The notes under the pieces: model-generated
What the model saw: the letters and a program-made list of their open reading frames with translations, nothing else
What the model was told of the DNA's origin: nothing
Databases searched by the model: none
NCBI GenBank assembly: GCA_964016885.1
Contig: OZ024743.1
Coordinates: 354,764,001-354,828,000 of the forward strand
From: Eledone cirrhosa
Lineage: Eukaryota
DNA length: 64,000 bases
Direction: 5' to 3'
Part shown: in pieces, positions 63,473 through 64,000 of the stretch
Numbering within the stretch: the first letter of the stretch is position 1
Layout of the letters: each line of letters begins with the position of its first letter
Translations under genes and position numbers: made by a program

Positions 63473-64000
63473 TACATGTGAAGGACATATAATCTATATA
63501 TTACGTTTCCTGGATTGTGAAAATGGTGGTGTATACGAAAACCATAACATGGTTTTGCTTCTCATTTTTAGTATTTTTAATATTTTTTAATATTTGTCTG
63601 CACACAAGCTTCTATATCATACATATTAAAAAATACTTTACCAATACAACCCCCATAATACTCTTGATTGCCCGCTTAAAGTGCTTGTATTACATATAAC
63701 ACCCTGCCGCACTATAATCTTATATAAATAAGACACACGTGCATGCCCCACGTGTAACTATTGCATACACTAACTACTTCTAACTATCCTCCTGCATTTT
63801 CTTCGTAAACTGCCAATGTTGTATTTTAACTTCAATTTTGTTTTCTTTTAATATGACTTTAATCTTTGAATGTAAATTGCCATGCGTAAATATTATAATG
63901 GATGTCAACCCATTGTGCATCAATATATACATATGTTTCTGTATGTCTCTTGTGTTGGAAATGAGGTCAAGTATGTAAACAATCATTGAAAAATTGCTCC

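Overview
Eukaryotic, repeat-dominated DNA with no intact protein-coding gene that I can support. The SINE families and the density of (TA)n/(CA)n tracts resemble coleoid cephalopod (Octopus-like) genomes; this is recalled pattern, not a database result. Positions 1-~32,680 are a single 73-bp satellite (~447 monomers) with irregular higher-order duplications, which fades into a cryptic trinucleotide tract and then a SINE 3' end. The remaining 31 kb holds microsatellites, tRNA-derived SINEs, a dead RTE-clade LINE with C-terminal C2H2 fingers, and remnants of Penelope-like elements (PLEs). The main signal is at 52,091-55,379: an almost invariant array of a 310-bp unit, each full copy carrying a type I hammerhead ribozyme motif (CUGAUGA...GAAACGCGUA, closed by a perfect 16-bp outer helix). 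The array is arranged head-to-head (4 ribozymes on -, 6 on +) as a kilobase-scale palindrome and is inserted into the (TA)n tract of another repeat. It looks like a young retrozyme-like (non-autonomous PLE) system that could yield 310-nt self-cleaved or circular RNAs. Further unrelated hammerhead or hammerhead-relic motifs occur at eight other loci between 33.8 and 63.4 kb, most of them near (TA)n, and one is linked to a PLE GIY-YIG endonuclease C-terminus. All structures were read by eye; no folding or search was run.
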